Source: Raillietiella orientalis (Eukaryota). Taken from it: a stretch of 64,000 bases of DNA. The notes beneath the pieces were generated by a model that saw only the letters and a program-made list of their open reading frames with translations, was not told the DNA's origin and searched no databases. Positions 1 through 13,835 of this stretch are shown here, piece by piece (the stretch's first letter is position 1; every line of letters begins with the position of its first letter). The stretch is from positions 2,728,001 through 2,792,000 of the forward strand of contig JAYWIR010000028.1 in NCBI GenBank assembly GCA_036172245.1, read 5' to 3'. A program made the translations under genes and the position numbers.

Positions 1-332
1 TAGAGAGTGCACTAGCGTTAACAGTGCACGATCCAACTCAATACTGGCCTGGGCATCCCTTATCACGAAACACCCAGAGCAAAGGAAAGGCGTGTTCTGC
101 GTCGAGAATCATAGAGAGTAGGCGATCTTCCGCCCAACGGAGGACTCCTCCTCCGATCTGCAGACTTTAGAGCTGCTCAGTGTATGAGTACAGTGTTCAC
201 CGGAGATGGTGGCGATCTCATGTACGCAGGCAGGAAGAAAAGAGGAAGCCCAATAACACCTCCACAATTCCTACATCAACCGTAAACCCATGATCTCTGA
301 AAGACGCGAAGGAGGTCCGCGTCTTTCAGCGA

Positions 333-1114
333 TCGGATGCCGTGTGGTTACGGTGGTCTCTGCGTGTGGCACCACTAAGAGTCGTGGGTTCGAATACTCC
401 GAAGGAATCGACGCAGTGCGTCGTGGGTTCCCAGTTCACCCCACAAGATGACGCTGGTTGGCCTACACTCATCCGGATGCGGCATTGGCAGCGGCTGAAA
501 CCGGATGCCCCCCGATGAGGGCCGGGTCAAATGGGAGTCGACCTCCGGGTACTTCCAGGAATCACGGAGTGGGAGCTTCCCTCTGGTTGTGAAGGAGCGG
601 AACCCCCATTCCGGGGGGGACCTCTCGTCGTACTGATGGAGTAGGTGTGTCGCCACCACCTCTCCAGAGAGTGCAGAGACGAGAGCCGATCCCTCCGGGG
701 ATTCTGCGTCCTTCTGGATTTCGGAAGCGTCCCTTCTGGATTTTCTTCAGAAGAGTAAAAGCAGGAGAGGATCCCTTGCGGGGGATCCCTCCGGAGAAGA
801 AATTCCAGGATCGGACCCTTTCCGGGTTCCCTTCAGAGAGGAAAGAATGGAGCGGACCCCCTCGGGGGTGCTTCGGAGAAAATGAAGAAGGAGATTCTCT
901 TCAGGGTTCCCTTTCGGAGACAACCAGGTGGAGATGATCTCCATTTACAGGTATCCCTCCCCAGGCGTGAGAGGAACGGACTCCGAGTCCTTCCTGGATT
1001 CATAGGGAGGATCTCTCCTGGGGTACCCCCTATCTTGAAGAACTACTCACTCTCGGGTGGCGTGGAACCGTGTCGAAGGACTGCGAAGACAGAAAAGGAG
1101 GATTTCCATCATCC
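333..1114 (+). mobile_element. Long tRNA-derived SINE, copy A (both ends clipped)
   Basis: Near-identical by eye to the reverse complement of 56958-57740. A-box-like GCCGTGTGGTTACGG at 339-353 and B-box-like GGTTCGAATAC at 387-397. Lacks the first few nt, the last ~40 nt and the poly(A) tail of copy B. Confidence 0.8.
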
Positions 1115-1154
1115 AGCTGGTGAGCTAGATCGAGAAGACTGTTCAGCTGGAAAC

Positions 1155-1640
1155 ATTGGAAGTTGATGGCTTCTGATCAGCTTTTCCCCAGGACAGATCC
1201 GAAGCTCAATCCAGATCTAATGCTCCCGGACGAAAGACCAGTGATAGAACTAGCGATCATGTGTCCCTCTGATTGTTCGACAACAGCACTAGAAGAGGCA
1301 AGACAAGGAGGCTAGTATAGAAATAGAGACGGAAGCCTGCAATATGAAAGTAGCTGCTTATCAGAATTAACACTTGCCGCGTTATACCAATTTTGTGGGT
1401 CTCAATCTGCGCCATCACTTCACATCACTCTTCCAGTACATCTCCAGAAGCTAACAAGATGCTCCAAATGGAGGCTCAGGTTCACAATCGTCCTGACGTC
1501 ATTTCCAGCAAGCCAGCTAACTGTCAATGGACAGTTCTGTACAATTCTTATCTAAGGCAAGTGAAAGAAGTAGCCAAGATTTGCATCTCACATTAAGATG
1601 CTCGCAAGGAACAGTCGAGATGCGTGACATTACTGCCTGT
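1155..1640 (+). mobile_element. Decayed restriction-like endonuclease (RLE) C-terminus of a non-LTR retrotransposon
   Basis: Manual translation gives ..PKLNPDLMLPDERPVIELAIMCPSDCSTTALEEARQGG*Y.., matching the PD..D/E..CPFD..AL..AR..K..KY pattern of R2-superfamily RLE domains. Contains stops and frameshifts. Confidence 0.5.
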
Positions 1641-2928
1641 CTGGAAACTGACTGCTTAAAACACCTCAGTGACGCATTTCAGAATCTAAAGAGAGAGTCA
1701 ACTGGAGGCACAGGCTCGTGGAGTCACAAGATTTCTTCCTGAAAAGCCTTCTTCCAATGTTTCATAAGCCAAGGCATCAGCCATGTCTGTCCCAGGAATG
1801 GGAGGAGAAGCTGAACACATCCTCGAATTTAATGGGAGTAAGTATCAACGCAGTAGCTATCAAACTGAGGGAAAAAGATGATGTCTCCGCGAGCAGAGAA
1901 GGTGAAGAGTATATCAGCCATGCTTTGGGACTGGCTTTGAAGGTAGACTTCCGGTCTTCGTCCGCTGGCAAGAGCTGCAAAGTGACCGACTTTGTAGCTA
2001 ACCACTCTGATCTGCAGCAGAAGCATCTGAGTGAGAAGAGATCCGCTGAATTTTTTTCCTTGGGTGAATCCAGAAAGGTGAAGACCAAGAGGCTTCGCAT
2101 TACAGGTTTGGCAGGCTTGCCGAGTTCGACTCCCGGAGAACACCGGTTCGAATCAACGATCATTTGATTCGGAGGAGGGCACTCCAGACTTGCTCAGGAG
2201 AGTTTCCGGAGTGAACGCAGGCAGTTGAAGAGCGATTCTGACCTGCAAGTGGAGCCGAAAACACATTCTCCCCTCCCTAACGCGGAGGAGCCACAAACCA
2301 TTTTCGTGAATCGCAGCAAATGGGGTTCGGAAACCGATCGGATCGGAAGAGGCCATTCCGGTGAAAAAAAAGCATCGATGCGTTGGAGTCGGCTTATCTG
2401 TTTGCGGGAGCACCAACAGACAAACCAAGTCGTATGCAATGGAAGCCGCTGGCCCGAGCCGGCATGAGATGCTAATTTTGAAATCATTCAGAGCAGCCGC
2501 CGCAAACTCTTCTCAGATTGACCTCGACGGAGTTTGATGCTCTCATCGAACTGCAGGAACTTCACAGGACAGATGATCGGGGATGACGAGGAGAACGAAA
2601 TTCTCGAAACTGCGTTGCTTGCTTTCCTCTGAGAAAGAACTCTCACGAAACTTGCACGTAAGGAGGATGCAGGGTGCGTGGCAGTCCGTAGTCAGCGGCT
2701 ATTAGGTTGTTGCAATTAAACAAATATTGTAATATGTGAACGTATGAAGAAAATTTGATTTTACTTACAAGGAAGATTATTATGTAAAGAAAAGGGATTT
2801 TATAATCGCCATCGATTTTCTAGACAGGCCAATCCATCATTAGAAACACCGTTAGAGATTTCGCACTCTAATTCAAGACGATACTTAGAAGAGTATGACT
2901 CTATCGCCTCTAATCAGACTTGCTTTAT

Positions 2929-3640
2929 AGAAACTTATCGATCGTCTGCTTCGAGTCTATGATGACTTCGTCGTGTTCTTTCCATGGCAGGCGATCCATC
3001 AGTTCGCTCAGTGTTCTTCACGGTTCCTCGGTGCTCTCTTCCGGTGTGAGAGCATCGTGCAGATCATCTGGTCGAGCTGCATTTTTTCTTCTTGCATGTG
3101 TTGCATAGATGCTACTTGAGAAGCGGATGCAGGTGGCTACCATCCGCTGTCGCAGCCTGATCAGCTCCTTCTCCGGAATTCCTAGGTATTGTAGGACGTT
3201 GTCGTTTTCAGGATCCCATGCTCCAAGTGGGCCGATCAGGATCGCCTGCTCTTTCGTTATTTTCCCAGCGTTTCCGAGTTGCATGGCGACATCCTGGTAT
3301 CTCTGGCTTCCTTTATTTTCCTAGATGTGGTGGACGCCTCCTTTCCATGTTCAAACGGGCAGGAGATGTCGTCCAGCACACCTATTCGATCGCTTTTTTC
3401 CTAAACCAGGTCTGGTTTTAGGGTGGAGGTGGTTCCTGGCACTCTGAGATTGGTTGATACCAGAGTCCACTTGGCTTCATCCGTTGCGGCCTTCTTGATA
3501 ATTTCCAGGATAGCATCACAGAGCTGCCTCGTCAGAGGCGCGCGTGCTTTTTACAACCGTTGAGCACGTGTGATAAAGTCTCGTCCTCTGTTCCGCAGCG
3601 CCGCCGACATATTCTTTCATGGACCTTCTTCGTCGGTCCA
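2929..3640 (-). mobile_element. 3' end (CCHC knuckle, RLE and 3' UTR) of a NeSL/Utopia-like retrotransposon, pseudogenised
   Basis: Minus-strand translation with frameshifts: ICRRRCGTEDETLSHVLNGC..TLKPDLV*..LDDISCPFEHG..RYQDVAMQL..LIGPLGAWDPENDNVLQYLGI..RMVATCIRFSSSIYATH. Confidence 0.8.
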
Positions 3641-3712
3641 GCGTTTGGTGGCAGAAGGTTCAGTCTTGCCGCATGGATGAACCTGTAGTCTCGCTATCTT
3701 AGGTGGATTAGA

Positions 3713-3792
3713 AGAAACTTATAGATCGTCTGCTTCGAGTCCATGATGACTTTGTGTTCTTTCCATAGCAGGCGATCCATCAGTTCGCTCAG
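3713..3792. repeat. ~80-bp direct repeat of 2929-3011 (retroelement 3' UTR-like sequence)
   Basis: AGAAACTTAT(C/A)GATCGTCTGCTTCGAGTC..GGCGATCCATCAGTTCGCTCAG occurs at both sites, with a few substitutions and a 3-nt indel. Confidence 0.85.
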
Positions 3793-3986
3793 CAAAAGTA
3801 TTGCATATGTCGGGGAGGCAGAAACAATTTGCCTTCCTGGTTCTCCTTCTAGGGCATGGAGAACCTGATCAATTGTGCAATTTTTGCAGCTAGTAATGCT
3901 ACCAGCGTCGAAAAAAAAACGGTACAGTACGCACTTGCATCGCAATATTCCTCAGAAATATCTACTAAAATCAGCAAATAGTGAGA

Positions 3987-4008
3987 ATGATGATGATGAT
4001 GATGATGA
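3987..4008. repeat. (ATG)n microsatellite
   Basis: Seven tandem ATG units; source of the spurious poly-His and poly-Asp ORFs. Confidence 0.9.
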
Positions 4009-6361
4009 GACTTCTGTATTAAACTGCCTGTTGATGTCACTAGTAATGCAACCATGTTGAGAACTTTGCACAGGAGTTACTTTATGAGACCCACACAAAG
4101 GTAACACATCACAGAAAGGAAGAAGACCGACGAGTTCTTTCAGGAACCGACGTATCATATCGACTTGCCTTCTTTCTCCGTTTTACTCACCGGTGCAAAT
4201 ATCTCGCTGTGCACTTCTTTTCTCCTCTGCTGACTCACCTCGTGATTTATATTCATGCAGATTCTGTTTAAAAAATTACCTTTAAAAGCTTTGGTGCTCA
4301 TTTCAACCTTCTCTCGACAAAATGTGAATTTGTAATGCGAATCCGTGCGTGAGCCACCGATTGGTGTCACAGATGAGTAGAAAGCACATTTCACACACTG
4401 GAAGTCGATTGTGCAAACGTCCAGCTGTTCGACTCAGTTTCCGAGTACTTCGAATGACCGTTTCTAATATGACCGGGAAATTCCCCAGGAGTACTGATAC
4501 TCAGCACTCCTCCATTTGGGCTGTGAGATCCGTTTCCATAGTGAGGCTTATCACTTAATGAAAAATGAGCATATTTCCGTTTTTAGAAAGAGTCAGAATG
4601 ACAGCTAAAGGCGAACATTAGTAGCTTGCATTGGTTCGAAGTTCAACCAAGCAGGTAGACAAAAAAGGCACTCACGGCCATCGTGCAAGACAAGCTCACG
4701 TTCTAAAGCAGCAAGGATATAGGTGAATGCTGCTGCATGGATGGAAGACTGGTATTTTGACGAGTACTGTTTCGAAAGGCCCGTTACACCCAGACATTTT
4801 CGGAAGTTTGGTTAGTAGATAGGTGGAGAGCGAATTAAAAGCCAATTTTCAAACCAAATGGAAACTCACCTGGAAAAAAACATGGGCACACCGCTTCGGG
4901 AATGTCTCTTGCCATCAAACTGGAGACAAGCAGAGAAGTTCCAGCTCGTCAGCAGTGTGCTTCGTTTGTGTGTCCACCAAAGGAATTCTAACACGGAACT
5001 CCTGCACATCAGCAAAAACAATGATGGGAGTGGAATTCAAAGGACAGAAGGCTTTTCGCCTCTTCTCTCCTTCTTTTCGAAGACCTCTGCTCTTCCAATA
5101 ATGTGATGGACCACACCGTAGGAAAATTGGAATCCGGTATCAGTTCGTACACTGTGCCCTTTTCTGGAAGTATATCAGAAAATGGGGGAGAGGCAGTCCT
5201 TGCTCTGATTTTCCTTAGGAGACGATCAAGACGGGAAAACACAAGTGACAGCTGTGCAAGAATTAGATGAGTGAAAACGGTTGTCTGGGTGGAAAAGAAG
5301 GCAGTAGGACACTTTGAAATTCACCAATATAGAAACAGCAGTGGAATGTCCACAGTCAGATGCAGGACGAATGCTGCCCATTTCAGGATGTTAGAGAGAT
5401 GGTTCTCAGATGGAGGAGATTGCCTAAAGAAGATAGAAATAAAAAGAGAAGCAACGCAACAAAAAAAAAAAAAAAAAAAAAATGGAAGGATCTGCAGCTG
5501 AACTGATCTCGAAGAGGAATTAATATGTAAAAGTGAATGGGATTAGAGATGGAGAAACGAACGGGAGCGAAAAGTCTGTTGATGCATCTGGGTTTGCTTC
5601 CAGTTCGAGATCGCCCTCATCACTGCAACTCCAAAGAAGTTTCCTCCATTCTGAATGCATTCGGCTTTTTTTGGACTCTATATTCCTAGCCACCAAAACT
5701 GCTTTCGTGGGGGAAATCCGGAAATTTAGTAATTTTCTCTCTCCCTTGCAGGATTCTGCCCCAAACGGAGTTGCAGCACAGGGGCAGTGTTTATACGGAT
5801 CGGATAGCAAAAGCCATCCATCGTCTTCCTCGAGCCTGCAGCTTCCAACATGCTGATCTAGCCTTAGTCATTTATGTCTTCACCGATCACTGCCACCCCT
5901 CTCCCTTTCTCCCCATGCCCGATGGCGGTTCGGATCTCGCTTCCGAAGGGATGCTGTGTCTAGTCTGCAAGAAAGAGTGTGGAATTTTCCTATCTTCAAC
6001 CACGTCTTTTCGCCATTGATTCACTGGCTCGCGAATTCGCCACGCATCCATCTTCCATCCATCACTAACGTTTGCCGAAAGCAGTTTCAACTGCCTACCC
6101 CGTACCAGATGCAGTCAAGACCTCGATGCTTCTCCTGAAATCATCAAGCGATCCAAGCTCCGCTTTCCTCCTCGATCTCTTCCTCGAACGGACATGCCAG
6201 ACACGCCACGATCCGCAGGAGGACCCCCCGTGGTACGCGTTCCTCCTTCTAACAGGTGCGTCTTACTCGAAATAAGGCAAGAGGCAATGAAAGTCACAAA
6301 AATTCCATTAGAAGAAAATTCTCTGTTTCAATTCTAATGTCAACATCCGAGATGTGGAGGT

Positions 6362-9300
6362 TCACTTTTGCAGGCATATGGTGCGCACCAACAACTCTGC
6401 TACTTGGTATGGATCACAGTTGGAAGATGGGCGCCTGTCCTCTAAGTAACCCTTCCGCTGATCGGCAACCTGTCGTGGGATGCGTACGCTGCAGCTGCGA
6501 TTCGCCACCCCCGCAGAGAAATCAGAAATGGAAGAGGTCTCGTGCTTTCCGGTTAATCTTCGAGCGTTGTCGCTTCCTCCATGAGGATCGTAAGACGCGA
6601 TGTGTTCTCGGTGCATCTTGCGCAACCTATTGATCGCTTCCTCCACATATCTTATAACAAGTCAGCGATTTTCATTTTTAATCCCGAGTTTTTCCTACTT
6701 GATGCCATTCTCAGCACGCATCTCCTTGGTGGAAAAGTTTGTGTGGCATCCGGCTCCGTTCCAGTTGCCCGCGATGGGTTTGGGGTCAAAGGAAATCACT
6801 ATACCAAAATCTTCAGCGACGCGATGCAGCAGGAATCTCGCCATCCACATGTCGTCGCCAATGGTCACTCCTTCGCAGATGCCAATTTGAAATTCCCACT
6901 GGAGGAAACGTAATCAAGATTTCTCTATGGAACAACTTCACACCTGAGCAGGCATGACCTCAGCATTCGTACCAGCTATGTTGACACCTGCATACAAGCA
7001 ACAGCGGTAATGCGCCTCCAACACATCACGTCCGAATATCTTGTTATACCCAACTCCACAGTAGTAAGGTCCCTGGTCACGTGGATCACAATCAAAAGTT
7101 ACATCTACGGCTTATACCTGAGGTCCTGGGAATCCATTTTTGGGCCAGCCGAAAGGGTGACCGTCCTCCGTCATCATGGTGTACTCCTGTTCCATCCCGA
7201 ACCACGGAACAGAGCCGCTCACCTGTTTCATGACCTCGCTGCAGCGATTTCGGTGATTGGTCTCTATTTGATAGCTTAGTTCAGATTTCTGACCCAGCAT
7301 CCAGAAAAGTTAGCACAAAACAGAGAGTTGCTGTATCTCGTAAAGGGGAAGTAACACACACTCGCAATCACACAGTGAACGCCGATAGAGGTTTTTTTTT
7401 TTTTTTTTCCCTTTGGAAAAAGAAGCGCTCGCTGCAGTCACTGCGTAATGCTTTATGAATCTCAACATTGGGTATCTTTTACTTTCTACTGTCTCCTGGA
7501 AAAAAAAAAGATTCACAAACTGGACCGGAATCCTGGAATTTATCCGTGTGACCAACTGACAGATCGCGACATGAGGCGGTTCTGTGTTTGCATTTATGAA
7601 TGCCTATAAGTGGATGGAACTTTGCCGAATGCGAAACTGCTTGCCACCCTTGGCTTTCTGTCTTCCTGCATCGTATCCATCGCTACGATTTTCCATCATC
7701 GCTTTCTCCACCGAGTGCATTCCTATTCCGAGCAAACTGATTCACGAATCGAATACATCCTGACTGGACCAAAGATGACTTCGCCGACATGAATTTCAAT
7801 CGAATCGTCTTGCCTTCTGAATTCTAAAGTTTCTCCCTTCAAAAATCAGAAAGTTTCACAGCCGAGCGAAGAACAGAAACTTTAACACGCATTCTCGAGG
7901 AAACAGCGTATGAGGGAGTGCGAACCTCAGTGATAGCGAAAAACGAAAGAATCACTCAAAACGTCTCAGTATCAGCAATGATGCCAATGTCAACACGAAG
8001 AGCGGCGGAGAAGACAACGCAATTACCGCCACGAGAGCAAAGGTGACTTCAGTGTGTGCACTGAGCATTACTGGAGTGTAGTTTCAAAGGGCATTCAGTG
8101 TATCATCGTGAATGGCAATCCACGTACCTTTATCAACTGTACAAGCCCAGTAGAAAGACAAGTAGTCTCTTGGGAAGAGAATTCCTGTTTCCTGTTTCCA
8201 AAAATCCCGCGCGCATCATGTGGACACTCGCAGATGTCAAGGAATCTTGGGAAAAAGTCGTGGTACCACCCAGCAGCCCCTTCGTTCCGTTTTTTCTTTT
8301 GCTTCTGCTTCCCATTTTGTATATTTGCTTTTTTCCGAAGCGAGGCGTTTATTTCAATTATGACCTTTGAATCCTCTACATCTAATCTCTATCCAAGTTA
8401 CCGCTCGCTGCTACGTGTTGGCCGAATTTTTTTTCCTTCAGTGACCTTTGAATGGGCTACGGGCAGTCTCCAGAGAATCATACAAACGTTCAGGTGGTTC
8501 TTGCGCCTATCTTATCCCATGCAGATGTGTTCGTCCAATCACTGGATACGCAGTTACAGATGTTACACACTGTCAAGATTCTGTAGACTTGAGGCGTCTT
8601 CGTGCGCATAGCTCATGCTTTTGGATTTCCAGATATCTGTTTAGCTCACTGAGCTCTGATATTTTGCAGCGCCTCAAAGAACAACAGTTCTCGTGTAGCA
8701 ATGTAGAAAATCTCGGCGCCAGAGATTTTTTTTCAGGTTATAGAAGATCAGATGATACTTTCATATACTCCAAGATGCCTTAGCAGCATAGCAGCCATTC
8801 TGACTGGGAAAGAGAAATTAAGAAAATGAAAGTAAGGCGAAATCCACGATCCAAGGGCTTCTACGACTTCGTATTGACATCTGTGATTTCAAATCGACAC
8901 ATGCGACTGGACTTTAGCGAGTTGACGCCAAGTGGCTCGAATCCTGCTCGGCAAGTCACTGAACGTGATTGGGCGAAGTCACCTATAAGATCGGTGCTCC
9001 GATTCCAGATGACCAGATCCGTTCCTCCAATTAAAGCAGTTCCAAAGTATCCTTCACTGCTGTTCAAAAAGCGATGTTAGCGCCGGATTCAAAAAGCCCT
9101 CTTGAGCCCGCACACATAGGTACATTCGAATCTTCCAGCCACCTGATGAAAATGTTGATGAAAACGGTGATGAAAACATCTGGGTGGGATGGACGGCATG
9201 GACTGCGTTATTATTTTCTCAGAGAGCAAATTCGGCCAACAGACCTGAAGTCATCATGGAATCAACTTGCCTTCTTGCTGTCCCAGTTTTTGAATTCGTT

Positions 9301-10963
9301 GGTCAGTGTGAAGTTGCGAGTCATAAAACTGCCAAGCGCGCCTTCGAGGGGATTTAATAAAAATTTCCATAAATCACATATTGGTCAACTTTTCGTGGAC
9401 ATAAGCCATGGTCCCAACTCCACGAGCAAACCAAACATTCATCACCATCCTTTACAGCTATTAACATTATGTTTGAGACTGGAACCTTTGCACCGAGTCC
9501 ACATCGTGGTGACGGTAAGTCAACTAACGAAGCAGGATGGTCAGTAATTTGAGGCGATAGATAAATTCAAGTGTGATTACGTCACACAACACAATTGTAA
9601 ACAACATTGCAGGAGAACTGACGCGGAAAACCCTGCGTCTTTATCTACACTTTGCATCTGAAGATGCCGTCCAAAGTCATTTCTCTTTTTTGAGAGACTT
9701 TCATGTAGGTCGAATATCATCTACACATCGCGGAAGACATTTACGAGACCATTAAAAAGAAGGGAAGGGAACCTAAGATCAAGGAGACAGGGAGTGAAGA
9801 CAATCGGAATCTGTGGAAAACCCGAAAAAATACATTCAGTAGAAATGCATTCAGCGAAGGAACGGCTTTTCCCATCGGAAGGCGTTTCTGCCCATCCGTG
9901 AACAAATGGATCAAATCGACTCGCGGTTGTCTGTCTGTGCTTAGCGGGTTTATCTGTTGTTTTGAGAAGGTGATCTCTTCAGTTCTTCCTCTGTTTGCAG
10001 GTTCACCACGCTCGCACCTGAGCAACGCGGAAGGCAGAAAACGGAGTCCGCGACGCCTCGCGATGGACACGCGTCCTCCATGACCTCGTTTGATGACCGG
10101 CAAGTGATTTGTCGATTCATCGCGGATCGGATTCCCACTCACTTTTCGCTGCCTATTTCACACGCTCCATCAAAGTGCAAAAACAAGGAGGAAGAGCCAT
10201 AAGGCACCGGTCTGTTTGTTTCCTTGGAAACGGATTTTCAGTTCTGGAAAAAAATTTCCGAAGCCATGTGCATCTGCAACGATTCGAAACCGCAATGTTT
10301 TTTGTTGTTGCTGTCTGTTTGCTTTTGCTATTTGCACACGCAAACGCCGAAAACGGGGAGCTTTCGTTTCCGTTTTTGCAAAGTGAACTTGAACAAATCT
10401 TGAGGAGCTTCGTCCCCACCCCCCACGCAATCCGCGCGCAGCAACTGCGTGTTGCCACAGTTTCACACGCGCTTCAACAGCGGCAAAGTGTTTGGAGAGA
10501 CCACGCGTGCTGAGCATTCGAACCCATCTCTCCGAGCGCCCACGGCGGCGTGGACTCATCAAGGACGCACTCACCGCACGGCTTCCAGTTGTACTTGTAC
10601 GTTTCGCACAGCACCAGCTTGTTGAAACTACCCCGGAAAGGGTCACGGTAGATGGCAACTGGTTTCAGGAAGATGTCGGAGTTGGATCCTTCCGCCTGGT
10701 ACGTAGAGCTCCCATCGCAATTCCACACAGGGAGATCTGCGGCAAAGCTTTGCAGAAAGAAGCCTCTACCAGAAGCACTCTCCTCTACCTGCTATGCTTT
10801 CGGGAACAAAGTCCAGCGTGCGGGTCTTCGCGCGCAGGTTTTCACCCGTCCCGTCTATCCACACGTACATGCACTGTACCTTGTCGGAGGGTTGAGGGAG
10901 ATCCATGTACTTCTTCAATATGGAAGATTCATTCCAATGTGGACGTCCGAGGCAGAATGACAT
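6362..10963 (-). CDS. GLUL: Glutamine synthetase (eukaryotic type II), 6 coding exons, 366 aa
   Basis: Exons 10963-10789, 10736-10575, 7263-7118, 7072-6944, 6898-6699 and 6650-6362 join in frame (1101 nt) across GT-AG introns of 52, 3311, 45, 45 and 48 nt. GSII motifs: [98 protein letters not shown] acceptor just upstream of the ATG suggests an unidentified 5' exon. Confidence 0.96.
9290..9520 (-). mobile_element. Tc1/mariner-like transposase relic inside GS intron 2
   Basis: Frame-shifted pieces [47 protein letters not shown] resemble the Tc1 catalytic region (TVKHGGG.VMVWG...GVG.L..I.G.M...Y.EIL..FQQDN.P.HT). Confidence 0.4.
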
Positions 10964-13789
10964 TGTAGAGGTGCTAGAAAATGAGATCTGCATCAAAACC
11001 TGTGTGGAAAACATAGGGCCTTTTCCCAATCCACACTTCCGTGGAGCAAACAGAGAACCCAATCTTAGAAGCAGAAAAACGGCAGATCGTGTGGATCCCA
11101 AATCTATCCTAAGCACACGGGGGCTCATTCAAGAGGATGCGTGAAAGAAAGAGGAAAAAATGGAACCGCACGCTTTCTCTTTCACTTTGTGGAACCCAAG
11201 CGTCAGTATGCACGATTACCGTCAGGTCACTCGAACCGTTGGATTCCAACGGCAGTGATGCTCTACGGGAGCTGGAAATTTCAAGCACGCGATGCGAATC
11301 GGCTCTTTTGTTATTCAACTGAGGGATTGCATAGAATGAAGGGGTGGAGCGGGAGGACTGGTTCTTCACAGTCTTCGGAAGACCATCTTCACTCTCTTCA
11401 TATCCAGGTCGGCCTATATCCAACCAACGGTGCAGGGGCATCCACCGGACGCAACCAGCTAGGAGGAGAGCACCCTCCAAACAGCGGAGCACTGCATATT
11501 CGAGTCGCCACACGATGACCAACCTCCTGGCCCTCGAGACAACAAGGCTCAAGGCTAGCAGGTCCGACATGATGATGATCGATGTCGCTGAAGAACGAAA
11601 GGCTGCGGATTCGACCTGCACAGCCTCCCTGCAAAGCTGTCACCTCAACTGGAAACATTCCCATGCCTGAGCAACCGTCGCGGTACTCAGCCCTTTGACA
11701 CCAACAACGAAGCTGCGACAAGGCGAGCAGAAGCTGCCAGGTAGAAGCTGTCGAAAATCCCCACCCTTACGTGGAATCTTCCGATCCGAAAGGTAAACAC
11801 AACACAAAGGAGGAAGGAAATTCATGCGGTTCCCTGTGAGACCACACGAAGGCTATATCCATTTTCATGAGACAGAAACGTACGCTAAAGACGTGAGTAC
11901 GTTTCGAGGACTTTGCACGCTTTGAGTTACAGTGGTGATGAATGTGATCCGGGGATGCAGTTTGCATCTAACGGCTGTAGACGACGCGGGTATCCATCTC
12001 TAAGGACCTCACGGATTGCGTTAACGTAATGTCGGCGTTGACGTAACGCAGTCTCGCAGCGTCGCGGATGCACTTGAAATCTATTTGAATGGTACAGTGG
12101 AGAACACCAAACATCTGCGATTCCATAGCAAGTAGCACGGCATCCTTTCTTATGCAAGCAAACGTTTGGCGAGGCGCGACAGCCTGCTTACCTGCAGATT
12201 TCCCGAAAAGCACAAGTGAGATGTAAAATCAGATCCGCTCTGCTACCTCCTCCAGGAAACGGGAATGGGTAAATTACCATTGCAAAAAAGGTAGTTATGC
12301 AAATCAGGACAACAGCTCGCTGAGCAAAACGGCAGCTTTTTGTTCAATGAGCAGATTGCAATGAATGGGTGGCGCTGATCGATCGAGGTGCTATTAGCAA
12401 ATGGCACCTCAAACAGCACCATCCATCAACAAAATTGTAGTACATGGTACACTCAAATCGGTTCTTTACATCGGGTCCATTCAGATCAATGCTTTGGAAA
12501 TGTTTGAAATAAGGCAAAGCCAACAACCGTCTCCTCTCCCTTTGAGGAATGCAATTCCTTTCAGACCGTCCTCGAGACAAAGAAAATGGTTGAAAACTCT
12601 AGGAGAAGAAGAAGAAGAAATGCAAAAGTAGCAACCAAGAGTTGCATCCATTTTATTTAGCATCGATTCTGTGCTCTAAGAAACGTGCACAACGAAGGCA
12701 TGTTCGGTTTCCATGTTGGGAAAAACCCATCCTATACCGGATTGGTACTTGGCCTCCAGCGACTTCGCAGGATGCTCTGTATTTCCAAAGCCTCGAGTCC
12801 TTGAGAGAGGAATTTTCAACTCATTTCGGATTGAGATGAACATCCAGCCTCCTTCCGTGAGATCCACGAAAACAACGCGGAACCCTGGCAAAGTTGAGAA
12901 ATCGAAAACACAGCTGCTGGATGGCGACTAACACGGAAAACTGATATTCAGCACTTCTTAAAATAACCATCATCCTCAATCATGTGATTTTCGTCTTCCC
13001 GACTTCTCCCGACGATCGGATGCATCGGAAAAAATGAGTCTATCAGCCCCGATCCAGGTCCGTTGTCTCATCACTTCCGCTGCTGTCATCATCAACATCA
13101 CTTCTTTCGCATGTGGAAAGGCATCGAGTGACGTGGCAGCAGTCTCAGTTTATGGTCTCTCCATGAGACATCCGAAAAATATAATGATGGGAAGTACACC
13201 CAACTTGTAAATCCCCGACGCCAGAAAAAAAGGAAAGAGCCCAAAGCATTTCTTTTTTGGCTTTCTCTTTTAAGGAAGGAATCACCATCGTCCGGCCTGT
13301 AGCCCTGAATGCCCTGACTTGGGGGAGCTTTCGGTGTGCCGTGAACTGTTCGTGTGTGTGTGTGTGTTTTTGCCCCTCGGTCTTACAGCAGAGTATCCAT
13401 CGCGAAAGACAGACTTTTCAAGTACTAGCCGATGGATGTTTAACAACAAAAGGGAGACAGAAAACTCGAGAACATTCCAGAAAAGCAGAGACTGAGGAAG
13501 TCTCGAACGCAAGTGAATTTCAAAATGAATTTCGTTTCAGAGAATCAGGAAAAACGTAAGCAATGAAAGATGTCAAAATCCGCTGTGGGGAAAATAAATT
13601 ACAGCAAATGCATGGAATCTTGTGGAAGTCTTGTTGAATCACATATTGGTTCCATATTATCCCAGGTAACGTTCCCGACAAATCTCAGAAAAATAATAAC
13701 TACAATCTCGGAGGGAGGAGCACTCGGCTCTCTCCCCGTTTGCAGAGCTTTTGGTTCGTCTGACAATCGCTGATTGTCTTTAAATTAGA

Positions 13790-13792
<3 letters not shown>

Positions 13793-13823
<31 letters not shown>

Positions 13824-13835
13824 GAGAGAGAGAGA
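13793..13835. repeat. Compound (AC)n/(AG)n microsatellite
   Basis: Directly visible. Confidence 0.9.

Noticed and set aside
647..1030. CRISPR-like appearance of the repeated hairpin units
   Set aside because: The units are highly degenerate with low-complexity purine spacers, the context is eukaryotic, and there are no cas genes.
375..1166. ORFs conserved identically between 375-659 and 57414-57698, and their neighbours
   Set aside because: The identity reflects recent SINE duplication. The frames are not preserved in diverged copy C and no domain is recognisable.
11200..11500. YPGRP..RC..H motif suggesting an L1/Tx1 ORF1 relic upstream of GS
   Set aside because: The key cysteines are missing; evidence is insufficient.
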